From Amoebophrya sp. A120 (taxonomy: Eukaryota; Protista; Dinoflagellata), in the NCBI GenBank assembly GCA_905178155.1, contig CAJINV010000009.1:3466768-3530767 (forward strand): a stretch of 64,000 nt of DNA. The letters are read 5' to 3'. The position numbers were made by a program, and so were the translations under genes. The stretch's first letter is position 1, and each line of letters opens with the position of its first letter. Positions 13,882 to 26,158 of this stretch are shown here, one piece after another. Under the pieces are notes generated by a model, which did no database searches, was not told the DNA's origin, and saw only the letters and a program-made list of their open reading frames with translations.

Positions 13882-15189
13882 ATGTACGGCTCTAAGAACC
13901 CTTTCGCCGCCCTTGCGGCGGACGAGGACTCCACTTGTTCTAGCGACATTGAACAGAATGAGCAGCGCGTGGTGTGTCAAGAACATCAAACCTCGTCCCC
14001 ACAAAATCCAGCATCGAAGAAGAACAAGAAGAAGGTCGTCCGCAAAAAAGGCACGAAAATAAAGCAGAGAGCTGCTGCAGCCCTCAAGAAGCTGAAATCC
14101 ATGCTGGAGACAGACGGCGAGAAGCAAGATATTACGCAGGACAAAGCTTCCGGCTCCTCGTCAGCATCAGTGCCCGCCCACGCCGCTTCTGTGAGGAAGA
14201 ACAGCAAGGAAATAAATGGCGAGGCATCTTCACACACGCAGTCTTCAAATGCGGTGACACAAGGAGGAGCCAATGGCAAGCGCGGTTCGACTTCGAGTTC
14301 TTCAAGTCCCGGCTCATCATCTGCTGGAGACAAGACGAATGCAGCTGATTGTCCTCCTGCAACACAACTACCTGCGGAGATAGTTCCCACCTCTAGCAGT
14401 ACAACTTCTAGATTTTTCTACCGCCCCGGCGGCGTGGAGGTGCAAGTAGTGGATAACCGCGACCCGGCTCTTTTGACCCTCTTCAAAAACATTCCCAGCG
14501 AAAAGAACCATAGTTGTACTAGCCGCGCGGATCATGCAGGAGTAGGAACAAAACCAAAAGCTTCCTGTGGCTCCAACACAGCACAACTCAGCGAGACGAA
14601 GACCGCGAAACCCGGCGAGGTGATTGAGGTACGGTACAAGCTGTGGCTGTACGAAAAACTGCAGAAGGCTTTGGAAAGGTCGACAAAATTCGGACCAGGG
14701 GCTCCTGTGAGCTCAACACCTGCAGCTGCTGAGCAAACACGATCTGAAAAATCTAGTACCGCTGCGGCCACTTCTACCTCCGCGACCACTGGTTCTACTC
14801 CTTCGAAGACAAAGAACCACCTTGACAGCCTCACTCTCGAGTTCCTGGAAAATCAGAAACCGGTAGATAAAGGCGAGATGGACTGGGTCTTGGGTGTCCC
14901 CAACCTGGTCATAGCCGGATTCGACCAGGGCTGCCGAACCATGAAATGCAAAGAGGTTCGGAAACTGTTTATCCCCTCTAAATCCGGCTACGGGAAGAAA
15001 GGCGCGTCGCAGGGGAAAATCCCGAAAAACGCGGACTTGGTTTTTCTCGTCGAGTGTGTGAAGATCGGAATAGATTGGGAGGGGGAGAACGCGTTGCTGT
15101 CCAGTACGAAAGACGGCCGGAAGCGGAAGTACACCGCGAAGGAAAGGGATGTCAGGAATCGAAGGGCGAAGAAAGCAAAGAAGACTTGA
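13882..15189 (+). CDS. FKBP-type peptidyl-prolyl isomerase with basic/low-complexity N-terminus (nuclear/nucleolar type)
   Basis: GEVIEVRY..LG..VIAGFDQGCRTMKCKEVRKLFIPSKSGYGKKG..IPKNADLVFLVE matches the FKBP fold; intronless; Lys-rich NLS-like tracts; first ATG 13882. Confidence 0.85.
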   Translation: MYGSKNPFAALAADEDSTCSSDIEQNEQRVVCQEHQTSSPQNPASKKNKKKVVRKKGTKIKQRAAAALKKLKSMLETDGEKQDITQDKASGSSSASVPAHAASVRKNSKEINGEASSHTQSSNAVTQGGANGKRGSTSSSSSPGSSSAGDKTNAADCPPATQLPAEIVPTSSSTTSRFFYRPGGVEVQVVDNRDPALLTLFKNIPSEKNHSCTSRADHAGVGTKPKASCGSNTAQLSETKTAKPGEVIEVRYKLWLYEKLQKALERSTKFGPGAPVSSTPAAAEQTRSEKSSTAAATSTSATTGSTPSKTKNHLDSLTLEFLENQKPVDKGEMDWVLGVPNLVIAGFDQGCRTMKCKEVRKLFIPSKSGYGKKGASQGKIPKNADLVFLVECVKIGIDWEGENALLSSTKDGRKRKYTAKERDVRNRRAKKAKKT

Positions 15190-15790
15190 TCATTGATCGC
15201 AGACAAGCTCTTCGAGTTGTATCATCTTGAACACGAACTTCAAATGGGCTTTGGCTCTTGCAAACTTGGAACAAATAAAATTCTGCTTATTTCCACAACG
15301 GGATAGAAAATGTGATTGTGATAAAATGAATTGCAAGTACGGACGCGAAACAGCAGCAGGGCGCACGAAAGGCACTCCCGAGTTCACATGATGTTCCTCC
15401 TGCGTTTCAACTTGGCGGGAAGTGAGCTTTTGTTCTTCACGGAGTTTTATCGCTGATCAGTTCGTTCATTTGCAAGTTTTGTAGTAGTGCCGGTGCGGGA
15501 GCGGATGCCGCCCATGCCGCGCAGGCACAAGATCGAGATCCTGTCTACATTCCGATTTTTCTCAGTGGTAGAACTCGTTTTGGAGGCAGCTCTTTGGCAC
15601 AGTGTTTCTAGCTACTTCTCACGCTTGAACTTCACAGTGAAATACTTTAAAAATTTACTGCAATAGGCTCGGTAGTTGTGCCAAAGTCAAAGTCGGCCGG
15701 TAGAATTCTCGATCGTGTAAACTTTTCACCTGAACAATAAAAAAGGGCAAGCTTGTCTCATCAAAGACAAAGAATCCACATCACGTCGAA

Positions 15791-16543
15791 ATGGCCTCAT
15801 CTTCCGCTCCGACTCTTTTGGCCGACGGAACGGCCTCTTCAAATCTGGCCGCCTCCCCAGCCACGCTCATCACCACGACCGCAGAAGACTGGCTTTCCTC
15901 CAACGATTTCACTTTGACCACCCGGTCTGTCTACGAAAAACTGATCCACGGGCAGGGCACTTCCGACCGGAACATCGCACAACATATCTTCGTCGACACA
16001 ATTATCGGACTGCACAAGGAGCTGTTGTTGAAAGATTCCATGATTGTGGACGGGAACAACGCGGTTATCGATTACGACACAGGGAATGTTACTAACTGTT
16101 TGAGTTTACTCCCGTTACAGCAGTACCTCCCGGAGCCCGACGAAGAATTCATCAAAAACTGCTGCGACACGCTGCACGAAAGCACGAAGTTAATGGAGAA
16201 AAATCCGCAGCTGCAAGCCGGAATGAATAGTAATCACGAAATCGAGATTTTCCCCACCTGGTTTGAGATGCAGAAGCAGGGAATTGCGGACTACGAGCAG
16301 TTTTTGGAAATGATTCAGGCGGTTTTTGTCCAAATTGCGCATTGCGCGGAACTATTGCAGCAGCAATTGATGCAGTCGGATTTTGGGAAATTATCCCGGA
16401 AGTTGAATGGCGGACTGATTGACCCAGGGACCATTGTCGCAGATGTGCTGAACAACGCGGGATCGGCGGGGCAGGGCGGTTTAGCAGCGACGAGTCTGCT
16501 GCGGCATCCCAGTGTGCACGGGGTCCAGGGAAGGAACTGCTAA
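15791..16543 (+). CDS. Hypothetical protein, 250 aa
   Basis: Intact ATG-initiated ORF with globular composition; no recognised motif. Confidence 0.6.
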   Translation: MASSSAPTLLADGTASSNLAASPATLITTTAEDWLSSNDFTLTTRSVYEKLIHGQGTSDRNIAQHIFVDTIIGLHKELLLKDSMIVDGNNAVIDYDTGNVTNCLSLLPLQQYLPEPDEEFIKNCCDTLHESTKLMEKNPQLQAGMNSNHEIEIFPTWFEMQKQGIADYEQFLEMIQAVFVQIAHCAELLQQQLMQSDFGKLSRKLNGGLIDPGTIVADVLNNAGSAGQGGLAATSLLRHPSVHGVQGRNC

Positions 16544-17272
16544 GATAGGTTGCTTTCTGTTGTCGTTTCATGGCACCAGACGGATTGAAACAACGATGAT
16601 GAAGTCACTACCTCACCGAGACAAAGTTTTGGCTCAGAGAACTACGTAGACGTGAAACAGAAACAGAGAAATGGAATGTTTTGCTCTACTCTCCAGAGCC
16701 GGTCGTCGCGCTGGCAGCGACATTCATAAAAAGTGCTTTTATTTCTCATTGTCAGCAGTGGTGTGCAACTTGTTAGGTCCATGTCTAATGTGCCGACGGT
16801 CATGATTAACATCATGAAGAACCTCGGCTTGAAAGCCGGCTCATTTCCTTGTGAACAGATGAGATCCTCGCTGCAAGACAAACCAGATCTGATCTAAAAA
16901 ATCTACGATCTGGTTCTGAGTCTTTCACTTTGATCAAGAGAATTTCACTAGTGATCTCAGTCCTGCTCTGTGCTTGCGATCAAATTGGAGGATCAAAATT
17001 AGTTCGTAATTCCGGTCGAAGGAGAAATTGTTGATTTGTCGTGTGATGAAGACAAGCAACATAACGACCGGCTTCATCATTTCTTGCACCAACACAACAG
17101 CGACACTGAAACTGGATCTGGATCGTAGGATGTTGATTTGGCATTTGTTCGTCCAACTCCGCTTCACGAAAAATTCCTTGATTTAAACGTCTTGAGACAC
17201 CACGAATCTTCGTAGTTATTTCATCCCATCTTCTACATCTTCTTCAGTTGATTTCAAGACAAAGAATCAATC

Positions 17273-18790
17273 ATGACCACCTCCCTGAACGACCTGGATG
17301 CGCAGCTGGCTGCGCTAGCGACCGCCAACGACAGCGACAAAGAGGATTCAAGCGACAACGAAAACGAGTCTTCTTCGAGTTCCGATGTCGTTTTCTCTTC
17401 CGATAGTGAAGCTGCTGAAGCCACTGCGAAAAAGAAGAAGAAGACGTCGTCACCGAAAAAGAAATTGACGAGTAAAAAGAGAAAACGAGGAGGGGAGAAG
17501 CCGGCGGATGGTGACACCAAGGGCGGCGATAAAACGACTGCAAAGAACGACGCTGACGCAGAAGCTGATGCTAAAGCTGTTGACAACACCACAGAACCAC
17601 CTGCAGATGGTGCTGATCAGGCGGACCCTGCAACTACACAAGCCAAGACTGAGGAGCAAGACCGCAAGGAGCGGAAAAAGCTGGCCAGGAAACACGCCAG
17701 TAAGGGACTGTCGAAACTCTGCTTCGCTTTTCTCAGAGACGGCGAAGAGGGCTGCAAACACGGCGGGAGGAACAATTGCGTGTTTGAGCACAAACATTTG
17801 TCGCAATTAACCGACCAGGAGCTGATTGCGTTGCGGAAGGATTTGTTCTACAAGCCGTTTGACGAGAAATTATCCTTGAAAATCCAAAATCTCAACATCC
17901 CGACCTGCAAGTCCTTCAACAAAACGGGGTATTGTCCAAAGGGGGGAAACGATTTCTGCCGGTATTGGCACTTAACCGACGCGCACATCGCAAAGTGGGC
18001 GGGGTTCGGGTATTTCTGCGAGGTTTGCACGAAACCGCTGACGAGCAAGGACGCGTATGAGGAGCATCTGGCGTCGAAAAAACACTTGCAGAAGGTGAAT
18101 GAGCAAAAGAATGGGACAACAAATGACGGTTCTGGTTGTGCAGAAGCAGAAGATGGAAATAAAGGTGCCGATGCGGCAGGAGGCAGCTCTGGCGGAAAAA
18201 AGGGAGGGAAAGGCAAGAAAGGTGGCAAGAAAGGCAGCGGCAAGGACCACTACGTCGCATCAAAAAGCGGTAAAACAAGCAGCAGTTTTAGTAGCGACAG
18301 TGGCAAGGGTGGGAATGGTAAAAAGGGGAAGAAGGGCAAAGGGAAAGGAAAACCCACTGGAAAAAGTACTTGGAACGAGGATGGGGCCGCTGGTACAACA
18401 TCCTGGAATTCGAATTCCTGGTCAACATCTTGGTCTAGTAATTCATGGAACAATTCATCAACAAGTGCAGAAGAAAAAAGCAGCGACATCAAAGCGACAC
18501 CCGCAGCAGACGATGCAGCTGCAGCTGCAAGCTCGACCTCCTCACATAAGCGAAAGAGGGAAGAGAGAGATGCCGGCGCTGATGAAAAGCATGGTGATCA
18601 AAAAACAAATGTAGCTGCTGATAACGGGGACGGAATGAAAACAAAAGACACAACAAACGATGCGACAGCTGCCACAGAAGAACAACCTGCTCCGAAAAAA
18701 AAGAAAAAGCGAGGCGTTGATCCGAGAAAACAGAAACGAGAAGAGAAGTGGAACACTGCTGCTGGTGAAGAGGCAGGCGCCTGGTGGTGA
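17273..18790 (+). CDS. Zinc-finger protein with two CCCH fingers and one C2H2 (U1/matrin-like) finger; probable RNA binding
   Basis: CFAFLRDGEEGCKHGGRNNCVFEH, CKSFNKTGYCPKGGNDFCRYWH, CEVCTKPLTSKDAYEEHLASKKH; GK-rich tracts; intronless. Confidence 0.8.
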   Translation: MTTSLNDLDAQLAALATANDSDKEDSSDNENESSSSSDVVFSSDSEAAEATAKKKKKTSSPKKKLTSKKRKRGGEKPADGDTKGGDKTTAKNDADAEADAKAVDNTTEPPADGADQADPATTQAKTEEQDRKERKKLARKHASKGLSKLCFAFLRDGEEGCKHGGRNNCVFEHKHLSQLTDQELIALRKDLFYKPFDEKLSLKIQNLNIPTCKSFNKTGYCPKGGNDFCRYWHLTDAHIAKWAGFGYFCEVCTKPLTSKDAYEEHLASKKHLQKVNEQKNGTTNDGSGCAEAEDGNKGADAAGGSSGGKKGGKGKKGGKKGSGKDHYVASKSGKTSSSFSSDSGKGGNGKKGKKGKGKGKPTGKSTWNEDGAAGTTSWNSNSWSTSWSSNSWNNSSTSAEEKSSDIKATPAADDAAAAASSTSSHKRKREERDAGADEKHGDQKTNVAADNGDGMKTKDTTNDATAATEEQPAPKKKKKRGVDPRKQKREEKWNTAAGEEAGAWW

Positions 18791-19531
18791 TACTATGTGT
18801 TTTTGTTATCATCGATTCGAACTGTTGAGGCTGGTACTGAATTCATTCGTTGTAAACCAACACAACTCAATCTCAAGTCATCAAAAAAGTTTAAGAACAA
18901 GGGAGCTGCTGTTGCTACGCAGCATGCGACGCAAGAAGTTGGGCCGGAGTGTCATTGTTCACAAATCCCGTCTGCTGATTTTTGGTTTTTGTGGCTCATC
19001 GTGCATTGTTTTCGAAAGTCGGTTTTCTATTCGGACACAGTAGTTTCAACATCCGATGCCCATGCCTCTTCCGTTCGGTCTTCTTAGTTCCATTCGTCCA
19101 CTCGGTCGTCAACGTCCTGTGTCGTACAAACAATTTTTTCAACAAATCGTCGTGCTGATTTGATGGGTGTTTCCTAATTCGTAATGTCGTACCTTCTTCA
19201 ACATCCTCGTAAGAAGTTTCGGTTGTGCAGAAAGTTTGGCATATCTCGGTTTCCTCGTAAGTACTGGTTTTATTCGTGCGATTTCGTCGTCGTTGTCTTT
19301 TCCTGCTTGTCGCGCACTTTTTACTTTGAAAACGATTTGAAAAAACGAAAACCAATTCGATCAGGAACCTCAAACTCCAACCTAATTCCCATGTAGGTTT
19401 CTACTCATCGCCCCTTAGATATTCAAGTTCTACAAAAGTTTCGTTACTCATAGTCACATCCAAAAATCCTTGAGCCTATACTACCACTAGAAATTTCCAA
19501 CTGCCTTTGCCAACTAAGATACACGCAAAAC

Positions 19532-21943
19532 ATGTCACACCCCCGAGGACATCAACGACGACCAAGCTCTTTCCTGAGCTCTATGAGGAACAAATGGTGG
19601 CTATTCGGGTGGGAATTTTTCGTCTTGTTCCGAAATCATCTCCAAACCAGCATATTAATTGTTCCGCCAACTGCTGCCTTCAGGCTCGTTTCAAAGGAAA
19701 ATAACGGAGGCGGGCTACAAAAGACCGTATCATCTTTGCCCGCACTTTCATCTTCAAAGAGGAATGGCCTTCACAAGAACAGAAGCAGGACGAGGAGCAC
19801 CAGTAGCTTGATTGATCGAACAAAACCAAAAGAAAAATCGAAGCGAAGACAAAGAAGACCGACTACACTGGTGCCGAAAACCGCAGCATGGGGCGAGCAC
19901 ACGGTTGGAAGTGAACAAGTACAGGACAAGGCTGGCAGCAGTGCCAGCGGTAAAAGTAAAGCTAAAGCCAAACCAACCGTGCTTGAACCATCCGTAGTTG
20001 TGGAACCAGCACCGCACCAACCTGCTCCAGGAAAAGACACCGAAACGGACAAGATCAAGACAGAAGGAGCAGACAAGGAACCAGATGACACATCTTCACC
20101 GAGTCTTCCTGTTGTTGAAAAAACTCAGGACGACAAGAATGTGGACGAACTGAAGCTGCACACAGAGGAACATAACAAGAAAGTGAAAGACGTATTAAAA
20201 GCTCCAGCTTCACGACCAGCAAAAATAACCCCAGAAGATCCTGATAGTCCTCCCAGTCCGCAAGATGAAGCCGATGACTCTGGTGATGTTGATGCTTCAC
20301 CTACCCCGGCTGCACCCCCAGCAGCCCCACTACGCGAGGACGAGACCTCGGAGAGCAACGATCTCGCCGAGCTAATAAATGGGATGAGTTATCTCCCAGT
20401 ACCGGAGCAGCAGGATTCCGCTACGATTGTTTTTAACCCGCCTCCACCAGCTCCAGCACAAGGAGATGGAACTACATCAAGTTCCGTGTCAGCATCACAG
20501 CGAAAACTTTTAAGTGACGAGGTTCACGCGCCGGCGGGAGGCGGAGGGGCCGGAACGGTTCCAGCAGTGTTGTCGTCCGCCGAAGTCGTAAATGGAACCT
20601 CCACGAGCAGCAGCAGCACTACACCGGCGCCCGAAAAAGTCGTCTCGTCGCCGAGCGACAGTAATAACGCCGTCAGGACCGTGATGGTCGCCGTCGTCGG
20701 TTCCATCGTGGTCATCCTCGTGCTCACCGTGCTCGCCGTCAAGTGTGGCGGCATGACCTGCGGCCGGGGAGGTTCCCGGAAGCGCAGCAGCAGCGACATC
20801 TCCGCGTCCGATGTTTCGCGGTCCGCGAGCGAACAAGGTGATCGTAAAGACGACCACAAACACCACAGGAAACAAGACTCGATTGGCAGTCAAGTTCCGT
20901 CCAGCTTCGACTATGGAAAAGCCGCGAAAAAGGACAAGAAGCACAAGCACCGGAGCAGCGACACACATGGGGCCAGCTCGGTCGAAGACCCCCCGACCAT
21001 GGAGAGTTATGTCCCGCCAGAGTCGGACGTAACCTCCTTTGCGCCGCCGAAACAGGGCGGTGGTGGTGGCCAACAGCGCGACAGCCGCGAGGAGAAGAAG
21101 AAAAAGATATGAATTGCAAATATGTCTGGATCTGGAAGGATACCAACTTGTGATGCTGCCTTTGGATTTTACACGGAATTTGTGTTGCATGAACAGCAAA
21201 AGAGGTCAAGTGTCTACTACGCCGCGGAGACGACATTTCTCATGCAGTATGGGCATCTGAAACCCCTCAAAAAATCTGTGCTGCGAGGCGATGCATCACA
21301 GACGCCATGGGGTATGTCAAGTGTGCATGACAAACATTTGCATTCATCCAGACCCAGACATATTTGCAACGCATAAAAGAAAAAACACTACGACGACGAT
21401 GACGACGATGAAGAAAGCGAGCGCGAACGGGACAAAAAAGAGAAAAAGCGGCTGAAGAAAGAGAAACGGACCGAGAGCTTTGATAAAGGAGGTATATGCA
21501 CTGCAAAAGTATCGTACCCGTAGTAATCGCATGCATGCATGATAAATCTCTTTTTGTTTTTCAAGGTAAATCAGCATGAGAAATTCCATTTGTCATGCTG
21601 AGCAAATTTGTGATGCGATTACTACTTAGTACGATGCTTTTGCAAGTCATAAGGTAACCACAGCTACGACAAAAAGAAGGGGAGTTTCGACAAGGAAAAC
21701 TCCTTTGACAGCAAGAAAAAGAGAAAACACGACTACGACGAGGACGACGACGATGAGGAAACTCAGAATATCCGCAGCGATTATGACTACGATAAACCCC
21801 CAGCTGACACACGGAAATCCCTGTTGTTCCAAGTCGCACGAGAGGCGAGCGTGCGCGTCAGTGCGATCGGAGATGCGCATCCAGAACCGGCGCGGGCAAC
21901 CATGACCGCGCCGGACGATGGGACGCCGATATCATTCTCATAG
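19532..21943 (+). CDS. Single-pass membrane protein with Pro/Ser-rich ectodomain and charged cytoplasmic tail; 2 introner introns
   Basis: Hydrophobic N-terminus; TM VMVAVVGSIVVILVLTVLAV; frame continues through elements 21108 and 21495 to TAG 21943. Confidence 0.7.
21108..21375. mobile_element. Introner family A
   Basis: DR aaaga; frame restored. Confidence 0.9.
21495..21651. mobile_element. Introner family B
   Basis: DR aggta; frame restored. Confidence 0.9.
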
Positions 21944-23247
21944 AATCGACATGTGAATGATGTATCGATATCAGACAGAAACAGAGGTTATGTTACCATG
22001 ACCCAGTAGAGTGAGTGCTCCATCATAAAGTTATACTAGCTTGATGAGGTAGTTGTATGGGTGTGCGCAGCCTTTTATGCTCTTTCGTCACACCAGTCTA
22101 CAAAGCCAGCGTCGTCAAAAATACGAGAGTAAGCTACCAGGAACTAGGAGCTCCGATCACAAACTCGGTAGCAGCAGTACGTATGTGCTGAAGCACATAC
22201 CAAGATAGGATAGAAGTTTCTTACTTTTTTTTTGAACTTCCAAAATGTGTAATCTTCCTCCCTGACACGACATCAAATTTGTACTTATGTGTAAGCATCA
22301 GAAAAGCCCCACCCTACTGTCAATCCAGAAGCAAAACTGCAAAATCTCAGATAGAAACAATGTAAACCCTGCTCCCCTCATGTTGCTCAATACATTACGC
22401 CGGAAAATGTTTTGTTTCGCAAAGCGGCTTTTTCCGCTGCTATGGTCTTTCTCCTGTTCTTTTTCTGCGTACTTAAAATGTAAACCAGAAAGGTAAACAC
22501 GCTGGTAACGTCGGTCTCGGTCGTCTGCTATGCCTATGCCCTGTGTGCCTTTCTTTGCTTGTCTGCTACTCCGTACGGTTACATGCTTACTTCGTCGTCC
22601 CGGTGCCACATCGGTTTGTCACAACTTTGTATTGCTTCGGATCGGTTCATATCGTCGCATACCTGGTCGGTTCCAGTTGTCGTACAAATTCTTGTCATCT
22701 TCGGTTAAGAAAAATATTTCGTCCGATCGTTTTATGACTGCTCGTGCATTCGCAGCGGAAGAACAGATACGTTGCTTCGTCCTGGTCCAACAAGAAGTTG
22801 TTATTTTCGTACTCTTCGCATTGTCTACATGTACATCTATTTCGACTTTGTGTCATTTCAAGAGTGATGTCTTAAATCAGACTGTATATTTTTGCACAAG
22901 GAGCTGCATGATCAACATTTTCCCACCAACCAACACCAGCACAGCTTGAATTACACCCCTTGAAAATAACCCAAAAGTCAATCTACATTTCTTGTTGTTT
23001 ATACCCGTACTAGGTCGGTGTTGTCTTTTACCTCCCTAAAAATTTGTGGTTTATTAGCCCATTGTTCTCGTGGTTTCGCTGTCGTCCGACACCTCTGCAC
23101 AATTACGCATGTCTGGAAGAATGTTTTCTAATTTCTTACGTGCAATAGACTTACAGTGGAAGGGTTTTTTGTACGGCTGAAGTCCGTGTCCGTGTCGTCG
23201 CAACCCGACCAAGCAGAGCGCGCGGACCAAGAGGATCAGCAATTCCC

Positions 23248-26158
23248 ATGGACGAACAAAATCTTCACCGCGCTGTCAGTCTTACCAGCAGCACGACCTC
23301 CCCGAAGATGAGAAGAACTACATCAAAGCGGACTACCCCAGGACCAGCGACGGGGGTCGTGCAACAGCTTCTGCGACTGGCTGTCGCCAGTACTACAGCA
23401 ACAACATCATGCGGAGGTCCGTGGCCCTGGTCGTTTCTAGTACAACTCCAAGACGCTGGTTGTCCTGGCACCAGCTGCAACGATATAGCATCATCGACTA
23501 CAGTAAAAAATATGGGAGCAGGAGTTTTATTAGTTTCGGCGTTTCAGGTTCGTCTGCAACAGCAAAAGAAAGCGACCACGATGAAAAAGCGCGTAATACA
23601 GACAAAGCGTGGACGAGGCGGACAAAATGCGCCTGCTCAAAAGATACCGAAGAACCAAAGTGCGCGGCCTGCTATAAAGGCATTACCTAAAAAAGTAAAT
23701 GACCATGACGGACAGAGAGCAAAAGGTCGTAATGGTAGAGTTGCTCCGCCCGTGGTCGTGGATCCCGCAGTTGTCACAGAAGATGTAGTAGATCCTGGTG
23801 TTGCTGACGACCCTGCAAATGGTAGAACAATCACGACGACGGATCATGCTACTAGTACAGTGACAGTAAAGGACGACGATAGAAGCACTGAGCAAGCAAC
23901 AAATACTAACCGGGGAGTCGTGGAGGAAGACGAAGATAATGCAAGCGTTTTGAGTTTGACATCAACTTCTTTTGCGACGTCATCTCCCACTACCAGAAGA
24001 ACCAGCAAAGACCTAGTATCTGCGGAAAAATCCGAATCAGCCAAGGATTACGATTACCTCACAAAAGTCCACGATAGTTCCCTCGCAGCAACTTCTACAT
24101 CTCTACTCAGCACACAATCCTCGTCCTCCCACCTCGACGTTTGTGCTTCGGAGACTGCCACCTGTGCCCAGGGCAAGTACCGCGAACCGGTAAACCCGCT
24201 CTGCAAGTGCCCGCATACCAAGCCGCTGTGTCTCATGCTGGGTCACTTTGACGGACGCTGTTTCGAGAGCAAGGAGGCGTGTCAGAAAGATGAGACACTA
24301 CTAGTTGATGAGCAATATCCGGAATGCCTCACTGTTGGTGAGCACATGCGCTGCCCGGAGTGCTTGGAAAATGCTAATGTGAAACGGGCGGTGACAGAAG
24401 AACTGTGTGTAGCGCACGATGCGTGTGTAGCCGCCGTCTGGGACACGGAGAAAATGGGAGAACCTCCTATTTTATCCCATACAGGCCTGCCTTTCCTGGA
24501 AGACGAAGAGCCACCTTTGCTGGAAGCGCTGGGCGTGCAGCAGGGAAAAAACACAGTTGCGGAAGCGATTTGTTGTCCGAGCGATAAAAGCACGACCACC
24601 TCCGGTGAACAATCCTCGGAGATTGTACTTACGAAAACGAAAAAGAGCTACACGTTGTATGACTATCAGCTGCCTCTGTCTTCTAGTCCGCTTGATAAGT
24701 GATAGTTGCGCAAAGTGAAGTTCATCATCTGCATAAGGAACTCAAAACAGCAACTTTCAAGAACATCGACTGCGTTATGTTTCTTATCAGGGCACGGGCA
24801 CGACCCAAAAAACCCACTGATAGCTGTACAACTGCAAAAGTTCTCTTTTCCTTCCCATACTTCGTTCCCAAGCGTGCTGCCTCAGCCACCCGGACCTGAA
24901 TGTGAAGCCTTTCAAATCTTTCCTGGGCACGAGCGCATCTGCAGGATCATCAGCAGCCGCAGACCTTTCGCTTTCCTCCACCAACAACACTTCTAGTCCA
25001 GAACAGGGACTAGGCGGGAACGGCTATAGTCCAGGAGGTGCGGTGCAGTTCCTTCCAAATACCTCAGCGCAAAGCCAAACGGCCGCTGTACCACCAGCAT
25101 CTGGAGAAGAAGCGGCTCCAAAAACGGGAAGTAGCGGCACGACGGCCGAAGGAGGTGCCGGCGCAGTAGATACCAGTGGCGCGGTCTGCGACACCGGGTT
25201 GGTGATTTCGATCCTGGTATCCATCATCGTCACGGTCATCGTGGTCACCTCCGCCGTCGTATCAAATGTAGAAGTGTCTGGGTCTGGAAGGATGCGCGAT
25301 TTGTCATGCAGCTCTTCCATGACCCGTGAACGTGAAGCCTGGAACGCAGGACCTAGCATGACAGATTCTGCGCGATCTCTCTCATGCCTATCCTGCATGA
25401 GAGCCTCCGTCCCGACTTGGTCAAAACTGGACGACTTTTGGTAATCATGCAACACAGATTTTTGCATGCTTCAGATTTAGCATGACAAGTTGCATTCTTC
25501 CAGACCCGGACATCTTTACATTTGATACGTCGCACTCTACTGCTACTTCTGCGTGATGGGGAAAGACGGGTATCTCAGCATGCCCGGCGTGGCGGACAAG
25601 AAGAAGAAAAACAAGAAGAACAAAAATGTATCCTGTGAAAAAACGTCCACTAGTACAACACCCCAGAGTTGTCATGCAGATGTTCAATGACAGGAGCACT
25701 TGTAATGGGCATCAGCAAGGGCAACGACAAGGGAGGCATGTCCATTCGCGTTTTGGTATTTGTAATGCTGCGAACAGCAACATGATGTCATGTGGAAATG
25801 GCTTTGTGAAGATCCACGTCTGCTGTCCTTACTTCTCACGTGCACTACAAAACAGCGAGAAAGAACTTTTCATGCGTGATTCCCAAAATAAGTTGTGGAT
25901 TTGTGTTGCAGAGGCCCAGGCCCCAACAACTTGGTTTCGTTGTGAGGACGTTTTTATCCAGGATAAAACGCCATCGGGAAGAAGTCCACCCGCGCTACGC
26001 TGGCCGACCTGGTCCGCAGCGAAATCTCGAAGTCCGGCGTCTTCGACGCAGACGTTGCGGACGATCCGAACGCGAGCCGGAAAAAATCCATTACCGTGCC
26101 AGACCGGCCACCCACCATCGCGCTCGACCCGGAACGCCCCGTGTCGTTTGCGGATTGA
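23248..26158 (+). CDS. Cys-rich single-pass membrane protein; 3 introner-type introns
   Basis: ORFs 23248 and 24902 join in frame after removing the degenerate element at ~24630-24859. TM LVISILVSIIVTVIVVTSAVALYCYFCV is rebuilt across element 25260; stop TGA 26158. Confidence 0.6.
24630..24859. mobile_element. Degenerate (aged) introner
   Basis: Imperfect TIR tacgaaaacgaaaaagagc..gttgtatgactatcag / ctgatagctgtacaac..ctcttttccttcccata; removal restores frame; exact ends ambiguous. Confidence 0.55.
25260..25527. mobile_element. Introner family A
   Basis: DR cgtcg; sits inside a TM helix. Confidence 0.9.
25629..25965. mobile_element. Introner, D-like short TIR
   Basis: DR aaatg/aaacg; frame restored. 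Confidence 0.8.

Noticed and set aside
16627-16637. TTTTGGCTCAG as a second spliced-leader relic
   Set aside because: Only about 10 nt match and it is over 600 bp from the next ATG; compatible with chance.
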